Source: Candidatus Omnitrophota bacterium
GTDB taxonomy: Bacteria > Omnitrophota > Gorgyraeia > Zapsychrales > JBDRMG01
Length of the DNA stretch: 64,000 bases
Direction of reading: 5' to 3'
NCBI GenBank assembly: GCA_043812495.1
Contig: JBDRMG010000018.1
Coordinates: forward strand, 7,651-71,650
Position numbers and translations under genes: made by a program. Positions 47,211 through 57,841 of this stretch are shown here, piece by piece. The number at the start of each line of letters is the position of its first letter. Position 1 is the first letter of the stretch. The notes under the pieces were generated by a model, which saw only the letters and a list, made by a program, of their open reading frames with translations, was not told the DNA's origin and ran no database searches.

Positions 47211-48467
47211 TTAAAGCGCTCCGACAAGTTCTTTAAAGACCGTTCCGCGTTCTTCAAAATTTTTGAACATATCAAAGCTGGCGCACATCGGCGAAAGGAC
47301 CACCGTGTCTCCTTGGGCGGCGGCTTTTTGGGCCGCCAGGACAGCCTCCTTAAGGGAAGTGCACTCCTTCGTATTCACAACATCCCCAAATGTATTCTTT
47401 AATTTTTGTTTGGCTTCGCCAATCAAAATCATTTTTTTGACTTTTTGCGAAACCAAATCCCTTAAAGGCGCAAAATTAATATTCTTATCGCGACCGCCGC
47501 AAATCATAATGATGGGATCGGAAATACTTTCCAAGGCCCATCGACCGGATTCGGCGGTTGTGGATTTTGAATCATTAATAAAATGCACTCCCCGGATACA
47601 ACGGACATATTCCAGTCGGTGCTCGACACCGCCAAATTCCCGGACAACTTGTCGCGAAATTTTTTCATCGACCTGGAAAATACCAGCCACTTTCAAGGCT
47701 GCCAGATGATTTGGATTCTTCCCGTTTTGACCAGTGCCCGGCTCATTAAAATAAACAACCTTAGACTTGATATCTGAATGCAACGCCTGTATCAAAGGAT
47801 CCTGAAAATTGAGCACGGCAAAATCATTTTCCGTTTGGTTTTGAAAAATTCGTTTTTTGGCCTGAAAATATTCCTCGTTGTCCTTATGGCGATCCAAATG
47901 ATTCTGGCTAAAGTTCAAAAACACAGCCACAAAGGGACGAAAATCGACAATCGATTCAAGCTGGAAAGAACTCACCTCCATCACAACAATGTCCTTGGAT
48001 TCACAATCCAAGACATAGCTTGAACAAGGCGTTCCGATGTTTCCGCAGAGAATAACTTTTCGGCCCGCTCGAACGAGAATCTCCCTGATAAGGGTTGAGA
48101 CAGTGGTTTTGCCGTTACTGCCAGTAACGGCGACGATAGGGGCTTTGCAAAATCGGTAGGCGAACTCAATTTCTCCCCACACGGGAATATGTTTCTCTTT
48201 GGCCCACTGGACGCACGGAGCATCCCGTCGAACACCCGGGCTCAAAATGACATAATCGCTTTCCTGGATGAAGGCTCGGGTATGCCCGCCCCATTCAACT
48301 TGAACTTGATCTTTGTGGGGAAAATGATCCCAAAGATCTTTTTTGTCCTTTTGATCGGACTGCTCAGAAATCCGGGCTAAACCTCCCAGGCGATGAGTTA
48401 GTTGGGCAATGGCTAATCCGCTACGTGCCAAACCAATGGCCGTCACTTTTTTCCCTTTGAGATCCAT
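47211..48467 (-). CDS. murD: UDP-N-acetylmuramoylalanine--D-glutamate ligase
   Basis: MDLKGKKVTAIGLARSGLA...; ...VAVTGSNGKTTVSTLI... Confidence 0.9.
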   Translation of the reverse strand: MDLKGKKVTAIGLARSGLAIAQLTHRLGGLARISEQSDQKDKKDLWDHFPHKDQVQVEWGGHTRAFIQESDYVILSPGVRRDAPCVQWAKEKHIPVWGEIEFAYRFCKAPIVAVTGSNGKTTVSTLIREILVRAGRKVILCGNIGTPCSSYVLDCESKDIVVMEVSSFQLESIVDFRPFVAVFLNFSQNHLDRHKDNEEYFQAKKRIFQNQTENDFAVLNFQDPLIQALHSDIKSKVVYFNEPGTGQNGKNPNHLAALKVAGIFQVDEKISRQVVREFGGVEHRLEYVRCIRGVHFINDSKSTTAESGRWALESISDPIIMICGGRDKNINFAPLRDLVSQKVKKMILIGEAKQKLKNTFGDVVNTKECTSLKEAVLAAQKAAAQGDTVVLSPMCASFDMFKNFEERGTVFKELVGAL

Positions 48468-48477
48468 TTTTTTGTCT

Positions 48478-49569
48478 TTAGCGAATTTTCAGTGTCGTCA
48501 GGGTTAGAAGGATGAATATGATTCCGATGATCCAAAACCGTATGATAATTTTGGATTCACTCCAGCCGATCAGCTGAAGATGGTGATGTAACGGCGACAC
48601 CTTGAGAAAGCGTTTATGCCGAATTTTAATCGACAGAATCTGCAAGAGGACGGATAACACTTCGATGACAAAAATTCCTCCCAAAAGAATAAGCAAAAAT
48701 TCTTTTTTGATCAGCACCGCGATAACGCCCAGCATCCCCCCCAAGGCCAAGGATCCTACATCTCCCATAAAAATGGAAGCGGGATAACAATTGAACCACA
48801 AGAAGCCGAGACTCGCGCCGACAATCGCGGCCGAAAAAATCAATAATTCTCCTGCCCCGGACACATAGGGAATAAATAAATATTTACTAAAGTTGACGTT
48901 TCCTGTGATATAGCTCAGGGCTCCTAAACCCAGGGCCACCATGAGGACATTTCCGATGGCCAGGCCATCAAGCCCATCGGTGACATTCACGGCATTGGAC
49001 GCACTAACGATGACTAAGATCACAAAGGGAATATAAAAGATCCCAAGATCGATAACGATATTCTTAAAAAACGGAATGTCGATTTTTGTCGTCGTTGCCG
49101 GATCGAGATAAAGAATGAGCCCAACGCAAAACCCCAAAAGACATTGCCAAAAGAATTTTGTTCGCGCCCCCAGACCTCTTTTGCCTTTGCGCCGACGCGT
49201 CAATTTTATATAATCATCCGTCCAGCCCAAGAGGGCCATCCATAGACATGTCAACAACGTCAATTGCACAAAACGATTGGCTAAGTCGCACCACATCAGA
49301 ACCGAAACAATGATACTTCCTACGATAAAAACGCCGCCCATCGTCGGCGTTCCTTCCTTATAACAATGCAGCGGGTCCAGCTGAGGGCAATCGTCTCTTT
49401 TGAGGCACTCTTCTATGCGCCAGGCTTTAAATTTTTGAATCACGGCCGACCCGAATATCATGCAAAACAAAAATGTTGTCACCGCCGCCATACCGGCCCG
49501 AAAGGTGATATAGCGAAAGATGTTAAAACCAAAGAAGTAATCTCTCAATTGCGCTAAGTAATAAAACAT
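48478..49569 (-). CDS. mraY: Phospho-N-acetylmuramoyl-pentapeptide transferase
   Basis: 363 aa polytopic. ...KEGTPTMGG..., ...NAVNVTDGLDGLA..., ...GDVGSLALGG... Confidence 0.9.
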   Translation of the reverse strand: MFYYLAQLRDYFFGFNIFRYITFRAGMAAVTTFLFCMIFGSAVIQKFKAWRIEECLKRDDCPQLDPLHCYKEGTPTMGGVFIVGSIIVSVLMWCDLANRFVQLTLLTCLWMALLGWTDDYIKLTRRRKGKRGLGARTKFFWQCLLGFCVGLILYLDPATTTKIDIPFFKNIVIDLGIFYIPFVILVIVSASNAVNVTDGLDGLAIGNVLMVALGLGALSYITGNVNFSKYLFIPYVSGAGELLIFSAAIVGASLGFLWFNCYPASIFMGDVGSLALGGMLGVIAVLIKKEFLLILLGGIFVIEVLSVLLQILSIKIRHKRFLKVSPLHHHLQLIGWSESKIIIRFWIIGIIFILLTLTTLKIR

Positions 49570-49572
49570 TTC

Positions 49573-50940
49573 TTAACTCCCGTATTCGTTCTTAATCAGT
49601 GAAATCATTCTCTCCAGGCGAAGGCCGCGTGATCCTTTAATCAAAATCAAGTCGCCTCGGATCAGATATCGTTTAAGTTTCCGAAAGGCTTTTTGAACCG
49701 AAGAGTAACCATAGGCTAGCGAGGCTTTATTGGTCCTGCGAAATCCCTGAACAACCGATGATGAATATCGACCGATGGCGATCAGCATATCAGGAGCGAT
49801 TGTTCCTACGGTTTCTCCAGCCTGGCGATGCAATTTCTCTGAAGCATTTCCAAGCTCCAGCATATCCCCGCAAATAATTATTTTCCGTCCTTTGTTTCCT
49901 ATTTGGCGAAAAGTTTCCAGAGCGCTTCTTAAAGAGGTCGGATTGGAGTTATACGTATCGTCCATAATCCAAAAACCGGCGATTCGCATAAGATTTTGTC
50001 GCCCTTTTAAGAAGGAAAAACGATTTAGGGCTGTCTTGATTTCATTATAACGGATTTTAAACAAACGGCCACAACTAATCGCAGCTAATGCATTGTCAAC
50101 GTTATGGAAAGCCCTGGTCTGCAATTGAAATTTCTCATTGCGCAGTTGAAAATGGATTCTGTTATTGGCCCGCCGAACCTTTGTTGCGTGGGACTGCGCG
50201 TGAGAGCGCCATCCGTAGAAAATAAACTTATGTTTTTTCGTCATGGATGGAATCCGTCCTAAAAAAGGATCATCCGCATTCAATATCACTGTTCCGCGCT
50301 TAGGCATATACCTGATCACATCGCATTTTTCTCGAAATACTCCCGCTCGGCTTTTCAAAAACTCAAGATGCGAGTCACCGATATTGGTAATCACCGAAAC
50401 CGTCGGTTGCGTAATCTGCGTTAGCCACCGAATTTCCCCCGGATGATTCGTCCCTAATTCCAAGACGACCATTTGATGTGATTTCTTTAACTGCAAAAGG
50501 GTTCGAGGGACGCCGAGGAAATTATTTTGCGTAGCCTGGTTCTTCAAAACCCGATAACGTCGACCCAGGACAGCGGCGATCATTTCCTTGGTGGTCGTCT
50601 TCCCGTTACTGCCTGTCACGGCCACAAGCGGGATATCAAACTGCCTGCGATAATAGTAAGCGATTTGGCCAAAAGCTTTAGTCGTATCTTTGACGCGAAT
50701 GATCGGAATTTTAGTTTTTATTTTTAGAGAAGCTGCACAGACGATAAGCCCAGAGGCCTTCTTCCTAATCGCTTGCTTGAGAAACCGATGGCCGTCAAAA
50801 TATTTGCCTTTGATCGCAACAAATAGTTCTCCTTTTTTAAGTGTGCGCGAATCAATGGATATACCGCTTATCCTGGCCGTATCCGGGCCCTGGAGCAATG
50901 TTCCGCTTGTTTCTTCGATGATGTTTTTTAGGATGAACAT
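49573..50940 (-). CDS. murF: UDP-MurNAc-tripeptide--D-Ala-D-Ala ligase
   Basis: ...LVAVTGSNGKTTTKEMIAAVL...; Mur ligase C-domain. Confidence 0.85.
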   Translation of the reverse strand: MFILKNIIEETSGTLLQGPDTARISGISIDSRTLKKGELFVAIKGKYFDGHRFLKQAIRKKASGLIVCAASLKIKTKIPIIRVKDTTKAFGQIAYYYRRQFDIPLVAVTGSNGKTTTKEMIAAVLGRRYRVLKNQATQNNFLGVPRTLLQLKKSHQMVVLELGTNHPGEIRWLTQITQPTVSVITNIGDSHLEFLKSRAGVFREKCDVIRYMPKRGTVILNADDPFLGRIPSMTKKHKFIFYGWRSHAQSHATKVRRANNRIHFQLRNEKFQLQTRAFHNVDNALAAISCGRLFKIRYNEIKTALNRFSFLKGRQNLMRIAGFWIMDDTYNSNPTSLRSALETFRQIGNKGRKIIICGDMLELGNASEKLHRQAGETVGTIAPDMLIAIGRYSSSVVQGFRRTNKASLAYGYSSVQKAFRKLKRYLIRGDLILIKGSRGLRLERMISLIKNEYGS

Positions 50941-52388
50941 TTCAAATAATGGGTGATGACCTCCCGGTCATCAAAGTGAATCTTTTTATCCTTAAAAATT
51001 TGATAATCCTCATGTCCCTTGCCCGCCACAAGAACAATGTCGTCTGCCTTGGCCTGGGAAAGGGCCTTGGCGATAGCCTCTTCCCGATCAAAAATCACCG
51101 TATAATTTGGCTTCGGGAAGCCCTCTTTGATTTGATTCATGATAAACTGCGGATCTTCTCCCCGAGGATTGTCATTGGTCAGGATAGAAAAATCGGCCAG
51201 TTGGCAAGCCACACGGCCCATTTTTGCCCTTTTGGTCTGATCACGTTCTCCTCCGCAGCCAAAAACCAAAATGATCTTTCCCCGGCTAACATTCTTCAAG
51301 TTTAACAGAACGTTTTTTAAGGCATCTTCCGTGTGCGCATAATCCACAAAAATATGATAATCCTGACCGCAATGAATTCTCTCCAGGCGCCCCGGCACAC
51401 CTTTTAAAGCCTTGATTCCTTTGGCGATGATTTTGGAATCGATTCCGTAAGCAGCGGATTGTGCGCATGCAGCCAGAATATTATAGGCATTATACCGGCC
51501 AATGAGTTCTGTTTTGATGGCGATTGGTCCTTGCGGAGTAACAACCGTCATCGTCGAATTGGCCGCGTTCAGATCGAGATCACGGACTTTGACGTCACAC
51601 GATGGATCAAATCCATAAGTCATCACTTTGGCCTTCGTTAGATTCATCAATCGTTTTCCATAGGGATCATCGGCATTAATCACCGCTGTCGCTTCTGGAG
51701 ATAGCCCCTGAAAAAGCTTTGCTTTTGCTTCAAAATAATTCTCCATCGTCTGGTGATAATCCAAATGGTCTTGGGTGAGATTGGTAAAGATAGCTGAATC
51801 AAAATCAATGGCCTCAGCGCGTCCTTGGTCCAGGCCGTGGGAAGAAACTTCCATCACGCAATAGGGAATATGTTTTTCGACCATCTCGGATAAAAAGCGT
51901 AAATTGTCTATCAAGCCAGGTGTTGTGTTCTTTGACGGAATGATTTGGGAGCCTATGTGCACATTAACGGTCCCGATTACGGCGCATTTTTTTGCGGCCG
52001 CGGTAAGAATGGTCTCCAGAAGATATGTGATGGTTGTCTTCCCGTTTGTCCCTGTGATTCCAATACACTTGATCTTTTTTGAGGGATCATCAAAGAAGCG
52101 TTTGGCTACAACAATCATTAATTGCCTTGGATCTTCAACTTTTAATAAGTAAAATTTTTGGGGATCCACCTGGAGGTGACTTTGACGACTCACAACTACA
52201 GCGATGGCCCCTTTCCGGATGGCGTCATCGATAAAATTCTCCCCATGACTTTGAGGGCCTTTCAAGGCAATAAAAAGAGAATTTTTTCTAACATCGCGGG
52301 AATCGGATGTGATGGCCTGAATATCCAAATCACAAGATTCACCTTCTGTTTCCACAACAATATCTTTCAATAAGTCTCTTAATCTCAC
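50928..52388 (-). CDS. murE: UDP-MurNAc-L-Ala-D-Glu--2,6-diaminopimelate ligase
   Basis: ...IGITGTNGKTTITYLLE..., ...DYAHTEDAL.... Confidence 0.85.
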   Translation of the reverse strand: MRLRDLLKDIVVETEGESCDLDIQAITSDSRDVRKNSLFIALKGPQSHGENFIDDAIRKGAIAVVVSRQSHLQVDPQKFYLLKVEDPRQLMIVVAKRFFDDPSKKIKCIGITGTNGKTTITYLLETILTAAAKKCAVIGTVNVHIGSQIIPSKNTTPGLIDNLRFLSEMVEKHIPYCVMEVSSHGLDQGRAEAIDFDSAIFTNLTQDHLDYHQTMENYFEAKAKLFQGLSPEATAVINADDPYGKRLMNLTKAKVMTYGFDPSCDVKVRDLDLNAANSTMTVVTPQGPIAIKTELIGRYNAYNILAACAQSAAYGIDSKIIAKGIKALKGVPGRLERIHCGQDYHIFVDYAHTEDALKNVLLNLKNVSRGKIILVFGCGGERDQTKRAKMGRVACQLADFSILTNDNPRGEDPQFIMNQIKEGFPKPNYTVIFDREEAIAKALSQAKADDIVLVAGKGHEDYQIFKDKKIHFDDREVITHYLKCSS

Positions 52389-52402
52389 TTTAAACTTCCT
52401 CT

Positions 52403-54079
52403 TTAGTCAGCGGTTTTCATGTACTTCAAAGCGTCCTCTAGCACTTCTTTAAAAACGGGCGCTGCCACTGTTCCGCCAAAATGATTGGGATGAGGTTCGT
52501 CAAAGACAACCACGGCCGCAATTTGCGGATCATCCACAGGGGCAAATCCGATAAAAGACGCATAAAATTTGTTTTGTGAATATCGACCGTCAACGACTTT
52601 TTGCGCGGTTCCTGTTTTTCCGGCCACGCTGACATTTTTAATCCGGGCCATACGACCGGTCCCTTGCTCCACCACCTTCGTAAGAATATTTTTGAGGCGC
52701 ACGGCGGTTTCCTGGCTAATCACCTGCGCTTGCGCTTTAGGTTGATATTCATCGATAATTTCTCCTTTTTGATCTTGAATATATTTTACCACAAATGGTT
52801 TCATATAAATGCCATCATTTGCAATGGTCGCGATGGCACAAACAAGCTGAAGCGCGGTTACGGTCACTTCTTGACCGATGGGAAATGCGCCGATCGTGGT
52901 CTTGGACCACTGGGAAGGCTTTTTGAGGATACCGCCAATCTCGCCCGGCAAATTGATCCCTGTGAGCTGTCCAAAACGAAACAGACTGGCGTATTTATAG
53001 ACGATTGCGGGGCCCAATTTCTGGGCAATCTTCGTAACGCCGATATTACTCGACTGTTCAAAGACTTCGCTGAATGTTAAGGTTCCGTAAGGATGATAAT
53101 CGTGGAGAATATGGTTGGCCACGCGGTATTCACCGTTTTCGCAGAAAATTTTGTCCTTTTCATTAAATATCTTCTCTTCCAAGGCTGCGGCCGCCGTAAC
53201 GATCTTAAAAACCGATCCAGGCTCATACATATCTACGAGTGCGCGATTACGATGCGCATCGGAAGGGCTTTCATAAGCCTTGTTTCCATCAAAGCTTGGC
53301 TGATTGGCCATGGCCAAAATTTCACCGGTCTTGGGATTCATCAGAATGATGCTTGCCCCTTTGGCGTTATGTTTTTTGAAAGCCTTCTCGAGGGCGCGCT
53401 CAGCAATATATTGAATGGTTTCATCGATGGTCAGAACGAGATCAAATCCATCCTTGGCGGGAATGAACTTTTTCTCGATCAATAGCTCTCTGTGTTTGGC
53501 GTCACGGATGATTTGAGACCAACCGGATTCTCCCTTGAGCTGGCGGTCAAAGAGCAGCTCTAAAGCTTCCAATCCATGATGATCCATACCAACAAAACCC
53601 AGAACATGCATCCCCAGCGACTGATTAGGATAGAATCTCTTGCTTTCCTTTAGAAAGTCTAAACCATGAAGCTGCAGATCTTTGATTTTCTGCATATCGT
53701 CCGGAGATAATTTTCGTGCCAGCCAAATAAAATATTTGTTGCGATCGAGGCGATCATTTAAGTAACTTTCCTTGAGATGCAGAAGACGCGATAGCTCATC
53801 GATGGCCTTTTCTTTGTCCTGGAGCGTCATCATCCTGGGCTTGGCATACAGAGAATAGGCGGTGACATTAAGAGCCAGGGGCCGTCTGTGACGATCATAG
53901 ATGCCGCCTCTTTTAGGCTCAAGCTCGATCAAATGATCATGTTGTTTTTTGGCAATATTGGCGAGAAACGAAGAGCTAAAAATCTGAATAAATAACAATT
54001 TAACGGTAAAGACGAGAAGAAGGACAAAAAAGGTGAGAAAAATTAGACTGAATCGGAGAGAATGCTTTCGTATGTGCAC
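52403..54079 (-). CDS. ftsI: Penicillin-binding protein (class B transpeptidase, FtsI/PBP3-like)
   Basis: N-terminal TM. Dimerisation domain. Transpeptidase motifs ...EPGSVFK (SxxK), ...SSN..., ...KTGTAQ (KTG). Confidence 0.9.
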   Translation of the reverse strand: MHIRKHSLRFSLIFLTFFVLLLVFTVKLLFIQIFSSSFLANIAKKQHDHLIELEPKRGGIYDRHRRPLALNVTAYSLYAKPRMMTLQDKEKAIDELSRLLHLKESYLNDRLDRNKYFIWLARKLSPDDMQKIKDLQLHGLDFLKESKRFYPNQSLGMHVLGFVGMDHHGLEALELLFDRQLKGESGWSQIIRDAKHRELLIEKKFIPAKDGFDLVLTIDETIQYIAERALEKAFKKHNAKGASIILMNPKTGEILAMANQPSFDGNKAYESPSDAHRNRALVDMYEPGSVFKIVTAAAALEEKIFNEKDKIFCENGEYRVANHILHDYHPYGTLTFSEVFEQSSNIGVTKIAQKLGPAIVYKYASLFRFGQLTGINLPGEIGGILKKPSQWSKTTIGAFPIGQEVTVTALQLVCAIATIANDGIYMKPFVVKYIQDQKGEIIDEYQPKAQAQVISQETAVRLKNILTKVVEQGTGRMARIKNVSVAGKTGTAQKVVDGRYSQNKFYASFIGFAPVDDPQIAAVVVFDEPHPNHFGGTVAAPVFKEVLEDALKYMKTAD

Positions 54080-54133
54080 GAGTAACTCAAGTTGTTCAAT
54101 CGCTTGAAGCGATGAGGATCATCGGATCTGTGA

Positions 54134-54514
54134 CTATTTGATGGTCCTGGCTTCGGCTTGGGCTTTTAACGAAAATAGTTTTGCAAAAATGTTTGGTTCT
54201 TTTTTGGGCGAAACCGCTGAGGCCAATCGGGCATCTCCCGCGCGGTCCCGGACCTTCACTTCCACGATTTGATCTTTGTCCAAGAATTGCATGTCGGATC
54301 CATCCGTCAATAATGTCACCCCCAAGTGATTGGCGCTTTTGAGCATGCAGATATCATAAACGGTGTCCCCTTTATCATCCAGGAGATTGCGTATCTTCTT
54401 TTGTTTATTTTTTCCCTGATAGGCCAAGTCATAAATTTGGACTTGGAGATGAATGTAAATCAACGACATGAGGGTGACCATCATGAGGACCCGTAAACAG
54501 CGGCATAATTTCAT
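54134..54514 (-). CDS. ftsL: Cell division protein FtsL-like (small bitopic protein)
   Basis: Single TM (MMVTLMSLIYIHLQV) + short coiled region. Conserved position between rsmH and ftsI. True start may be the internal MM (about 54484). Confidence 0.55.
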   Translation of the reverse strand: MKLCRCLRVLMMVTLMSLIYIHLQVQIYDLAYQGKNKQKKIRNLLDDKGDTVYDICMLKSANHLGVTLLTDGSDMQFLDKDQIVEVKVRDRAGDARLASAVSPKKEPNIFAKLFSLKAQAEARTIK

Positions 54515-54675
54515 TGGATTTCCTTTTCAATGAGGCCATGACTTATGGAGTCCGCCATTGATCCAGTGGCGGGCGACATAAGTCATATGGCCGAATTGAC
54601 CTCGCCCACCAAAATTGTTAAACAATTTTGGTGAGGCGGGGGATTAAGCAAATACAATTATAATATTTCAACTTG
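54515..54675. repeat. REP/MITE-like element (family A, inverted orientation)
   Basis: catgacttatggagtccgccattgatccagtggcgggcgacataagtcat nested palindrome. gcccaccaaaattgttaaacaattttggtgaggcggggg hairpin. GGGGGATTAAGCAAATACAATTATAATATTTC is the reverse-orientation copy of the motif at 11322, 21876 and 37296. Confidence 0.7.
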
Positions 54676-55590
54676 TCAGATCCGTTCGATGACGCGCAAT
54701 CGTGCGCTGCGCGACCGCGGATTCTCGCTGATTTCTTCTTCTGTAGCGCGCAAAGGTTTTTTGGTGATCAGTTTTGCTTGGTGTGCCCTGGATAACGTGC
54801 GAAATTTCTCTTTGACAATTCGATCTTCAAGAGAATGAAACGAAATCACGCACAACCGGGCCCCCTTTTTTAAGTAGACAAAACATTTGTCCAAAGCTAT
54901 TTCCAGGGCCTCCAGCTCCCGATTGACGGCAATGCGAAAAGCTTGGAAGGTGCGCGTCGCCGGATGAATGCGCTGATGTCTCTGAGCGTGCGGAATAGCC
55001 TTTAAAACACTATTTGTCAATTCCTGCGTAGAAGCGATCGGGCTTCTGGCCCGCTGAGCAACCAGATAATGGGCGATGCGATAAGACCAGCGCTCCTGTC
55101 CGAAGGCCTTTAAAATCAAGGCAATTTCTTTCTCTGATAACGAATTCACGAGATCATAAGCTGAAATATAACTGTTTTGGTCCATGCGCATGTCCAAAGG
55201 ACCGTCCGCCTGCAAGCTGAATCCACGAACTGGATTGCTCAACTGATAACTGGATATTCCTAAATCAAAAAGCATCCCGTTCACATTTTCGATTCCGAAA
55301 TCTTGTAGAATATTGTCTATCTGCCGAAAATCTTGATGCACAAAATGACAGGAACCGCTAAATTCTTTCAACCGCTCTTGGGCTATTGTCAGAGAATCGA
55401 GATCCCGATCAATGCCGATCAGGCAACCTTTGGATCCGATTCTTTTTAAGATTTCTAAGGCATGCCCGCCGGTGCCCATGGTGCCATCCACCAGGCAGTC
55501 CCCCGGTTTTGGATCCAAATAGTCCAAGACCTCCTTGAGCATCACAGGAATATGGATTGTTTGATTCATGATTTCACATTCTTGGGTCAT
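54676..55590 (-). CDS. rsmH: 16S rRNA (cytosine1402-N4)-methyltransferase RsmH (MraW)
   Basis: ...HIPVMLKEVLDYL...DGTMGTGGHALEIL...FDLGISSYQL... RsmH signature. Confidence 0.9.
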   Translation of the reverse strand: MTQECEIMNQTIHIPVMLKEVLDYLDPKPGDCLVDGTMGTGGHALEILKRIGSKGCLIGIDRDLDSLTIAQERLKEFSGSCHFVHQDFRQIDNILQDFGIENVNGMLFDLGISSYQLSNPVRGFSLQADGPLDMRMDQNSYISAYDLVNSLSEKEIALILKAFGQERWSYRIAHYLVAQRARSPIASTQELTNSVLKAIPHAQRHQRIHPATRTFQAFRIAVNRELEALEIALDKCFVYLKKGARLCVISFHSLEDRIVKEKFRTLSRAHQAKLITKKPLRATEEEISENPRSRSARLRVIERI

Positions 55591-55619
55591 GTTCTGATTC
55601 TGTTTTGCGGTCGACGGTG

Positions 55620-56057
55620 CTAAATGTTGATCATTTTCTCGGCAATCTCTTCAAATGAATCTTTTGTGTCGGCATAAAATGTCCGCCATGTTGTTTGATC
55701 CCAGATCTCGATTCTGTTGGAAATGCCGATGACAATCGCATCACGTTTAATCAACGCGTATTCTTTAAGAAATTCCGGAATGATAAAACGCCCTTGCCGA
55801 TCGGGAACAACTTCAACCGCCCCTGAAAAAAACATACGATTAAAAGAGCGCGCTTCTTGCTTGGTGAATGAAAGGCCTCGGAATTTTTGTTCTTGAAGAT
55901 TCCACTCATCTTCGCTGAACATAAAAATACATTTGTCCAAACCTCGGGTTAAGTAAAATTTCTCTATCCCTTGCTCTTTGGAAATTTCACGAAACCTAGC
56001 CGGAAGGATAAGGCGGCCTTTACGATCTATGCCATGGTTATATTCACCGTAAAACAT
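55620..56057 (-). CDS. mraZ: Transcriptional regulator MraZ
   Basis: MFYGEYNHGIDRKGRLILPARFRE... and a second ...DRQGRFIIPEFL... repeat. Confidence 0.9.
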   Translation of the reverse strand: MFYGEYNHGIDRKGRLILPARFREISKEQGIEKFYLTRGLDKCIFMFSEDEWNLQEQKFRGLSFTKQEARSFNRMFFSGAVEVVPDRQGRFIIPEFLKEYALIKRDAIVIGISNRIEIWDQTTWRTFYADTKDSFEEIAEKMINI

Positions 56058-56253
56058 ATCGCTCTCTTGTTAAACCACTTTAAACCACTTTATTCCACTT
56101 TAAGTGCATTTTATGGCCAAAAGAGGGTCCTGTCAATAATTTATTTCCCTATTTTTATGAAATACAATAAGTTGCGTAAATTTCGAAAAGATTCTCTATG
56201 GGCAGGAAACAAACGAAGGATAATCAATCAGGTGAGATTTATTGAAGGAAATA

Positions 56254-57207
56254 TTACGAAGATTTTCTACCAAAATTGATTCTTCTTAATAACTTCTTGG
56301 CGTTTTGTTCGTCTTTCTTAAGCTGTTCGATGAGAAGTTTTCTTGTACTAAATTTCTTTTCATCTCGAATCTTCTTCAAAAAACTGATTTCTATCTTTTG
56401 TCCGTAAATATTTTTATGAAAATGAAAAATATGCACCTCCACATTAATTTTTCTTTTTCTTTTTTTAAATGACGGACGGAATCCGACATTGGCTATCCCC
56501 ACGAAAAATTTTCTTTTGATCTCAATCTTAACAAGATAGACGCCACAAGGCGGAATCACTTCCCTGAATGGATCGATATTGGCCGTCGGATACCCAAGGT
56601 TTTTTCCCCGTCGATCACCGCGCTTAACGCGACCGAAAACGGAAACTGGCCTCCCCAAAAGTCGAGCCGCCAATTCAATATTTCCTTGCGTGATGATTTG
56701 TCGAATCCTTGTACTGCTGATCATTCGCCCGTTACTTTTGATGGGAGCAATGCTCGTGACTTTAAAACCTCTTGCGCGTCCTAACTTTTGGAGCAGTTGC
56801 CAATCGCCCAACCGCTTCTTGCCGAAATGAAAGTCTTGTCCCACAAACACTTCCTGCGGCCTAATTCCTTTAACGAGATATTTTTCAAGGAAACTTTTCG
56901 GACTCAGACGCGAAAACTTTTTCGTGAAGTCTATCACAATGCAAACATCGATGCCTAAGTTTTCGATGAGTTTCAAGCGATGCTCCAGGGAGACGAGAAA
57001 AGGTAAATAAGCCTTGGGCTTGAGGACATGGACCGGGTGGGGAAAGAAAGTCATCGCCATGCTTGTGCCCTTGATGGATTTGGCTCTCTTAATAACCTTT
57101 CGAATCAGAAACTGATGACCGCGATGCAGGCCATCAAAGACACCGATCGCCACAACAGGTCTTTGAAATTTCTGCTTAACGCTTCCAATGGCGGATATAA
57201 CTTTCAT
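56254..57207 (-). CDS. ribF: Bifunctional riboflavin kinase / FMN adenylyltransferase
   Basis: ...VVAIGVFDGLHRGHQFLI.... C-terminal riboflavin-kinase block ...GYPTANI.... Start trimmed to MKVISAIG to limit overlap with truB. Confidence 0.85.
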   Translation of the reverse strand: MKVISAIGSVKQKFQRPVVAIGVFDGLHRGHQFLIRKVIKRAKSIKGTSMAMTFFPHPVHVLKPKAYLPFLVSLEHRLKLIENLGIDVCIVIDFTKKFSRLSPKSFLEKYLVKGIRPQEVFVGQDFHFGKKRLGDWQLLQKLGRARGFKVTSIAPIKSNGRMISSTRIRQIITQGNIELAARLLGRPVSVFGRVKRGDRRGKNLGYPTANIDPFREVIPPCGVYLVKIEIKRKFFVGIANVGFRPSFKKRKRKINVEVHIFHFHKNIYGQKIEISFLKKIRDEKKFSTRKLLIEQLKKDEQNAKKLLRRINFGRKSS

Positions 57208-57841
57208 TGACATCCTCAAGGCTAACGGCCTCATCGATCAAGAAGGAGCCGACTTGCGTACGTTTGATTTGGGAAATGCAGCCACCGCAACCCAGTGCTT
57301 CACCTACATCTTCGGCGATTGTCCGGATATAAGTACCTTTCGAGCAGCGAACAAAAAGGCGCACATCAGGCAGATTAAAATCAACAAGTCTCAATTCTTT
57401 AATCGTGACGGTTCGCGGTTCCCTTGCGATTTCTATTCCTGAACGCGCCAATTGATAAAGTCTTTTGCCTTTAAATTTCACAGCCGACACCATAGGCGGA
57501 ATCTGCTGTATGGTTCCTGTCAAGCGTTCAAAAGCCTTTTGGACCTCTTCTTGTATAATTTGTGTACAATCGGATTCTTTTATGGTTTGTCCATTAATAT
57601 CCGCCGTTGTTGTTTTTAGGCCTAGGCGCAATGTTGCCTCGTAAGCCTTATCGAAGGCAGAGAATTCATTGAATAGCTTTGTCGCTTTTCCCAGTAAAAT
57701 AACCAGTACACCCGTCGCGAGAGGATCCAGCGTTCCCGCATGGCCTATGCGACGCATACGGAATTTTCTGCGCATAAAGTTCACAACATCATGCGAAGTA
57801 ATTCCGCTTGGTTTGTCGATAATCAGAAATCCTTCTTTCAT
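57176..57841 (-). CDS. truB: tRNA pseudouridine(55) synthase
   Basis: ...GFLIIDKPSGITSHDVV...GHAGTLDPLATGVLVILLGKATK.... Confidence 0.9.
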   Translation of the reverse strand: MKEGFLIIDKPSGITSHDVVNFMRRKFRMRRIGHAGTLDPLATGVLVILLGKATKLFNEFSAFDKAYEATLRLGLKTTTADINGQTIKESDCTQIIQEEVQKAFERLTGTIQQIPPMVSAVKFKGKRLYQLARSGIEIAREPRTVTIKELRLVDFNLPDVRLFVRCSKGTYIRTIAEDVGEALGCGGCISQIKRTQVGSFLIDEAVSLEDVNESYIRHWKR

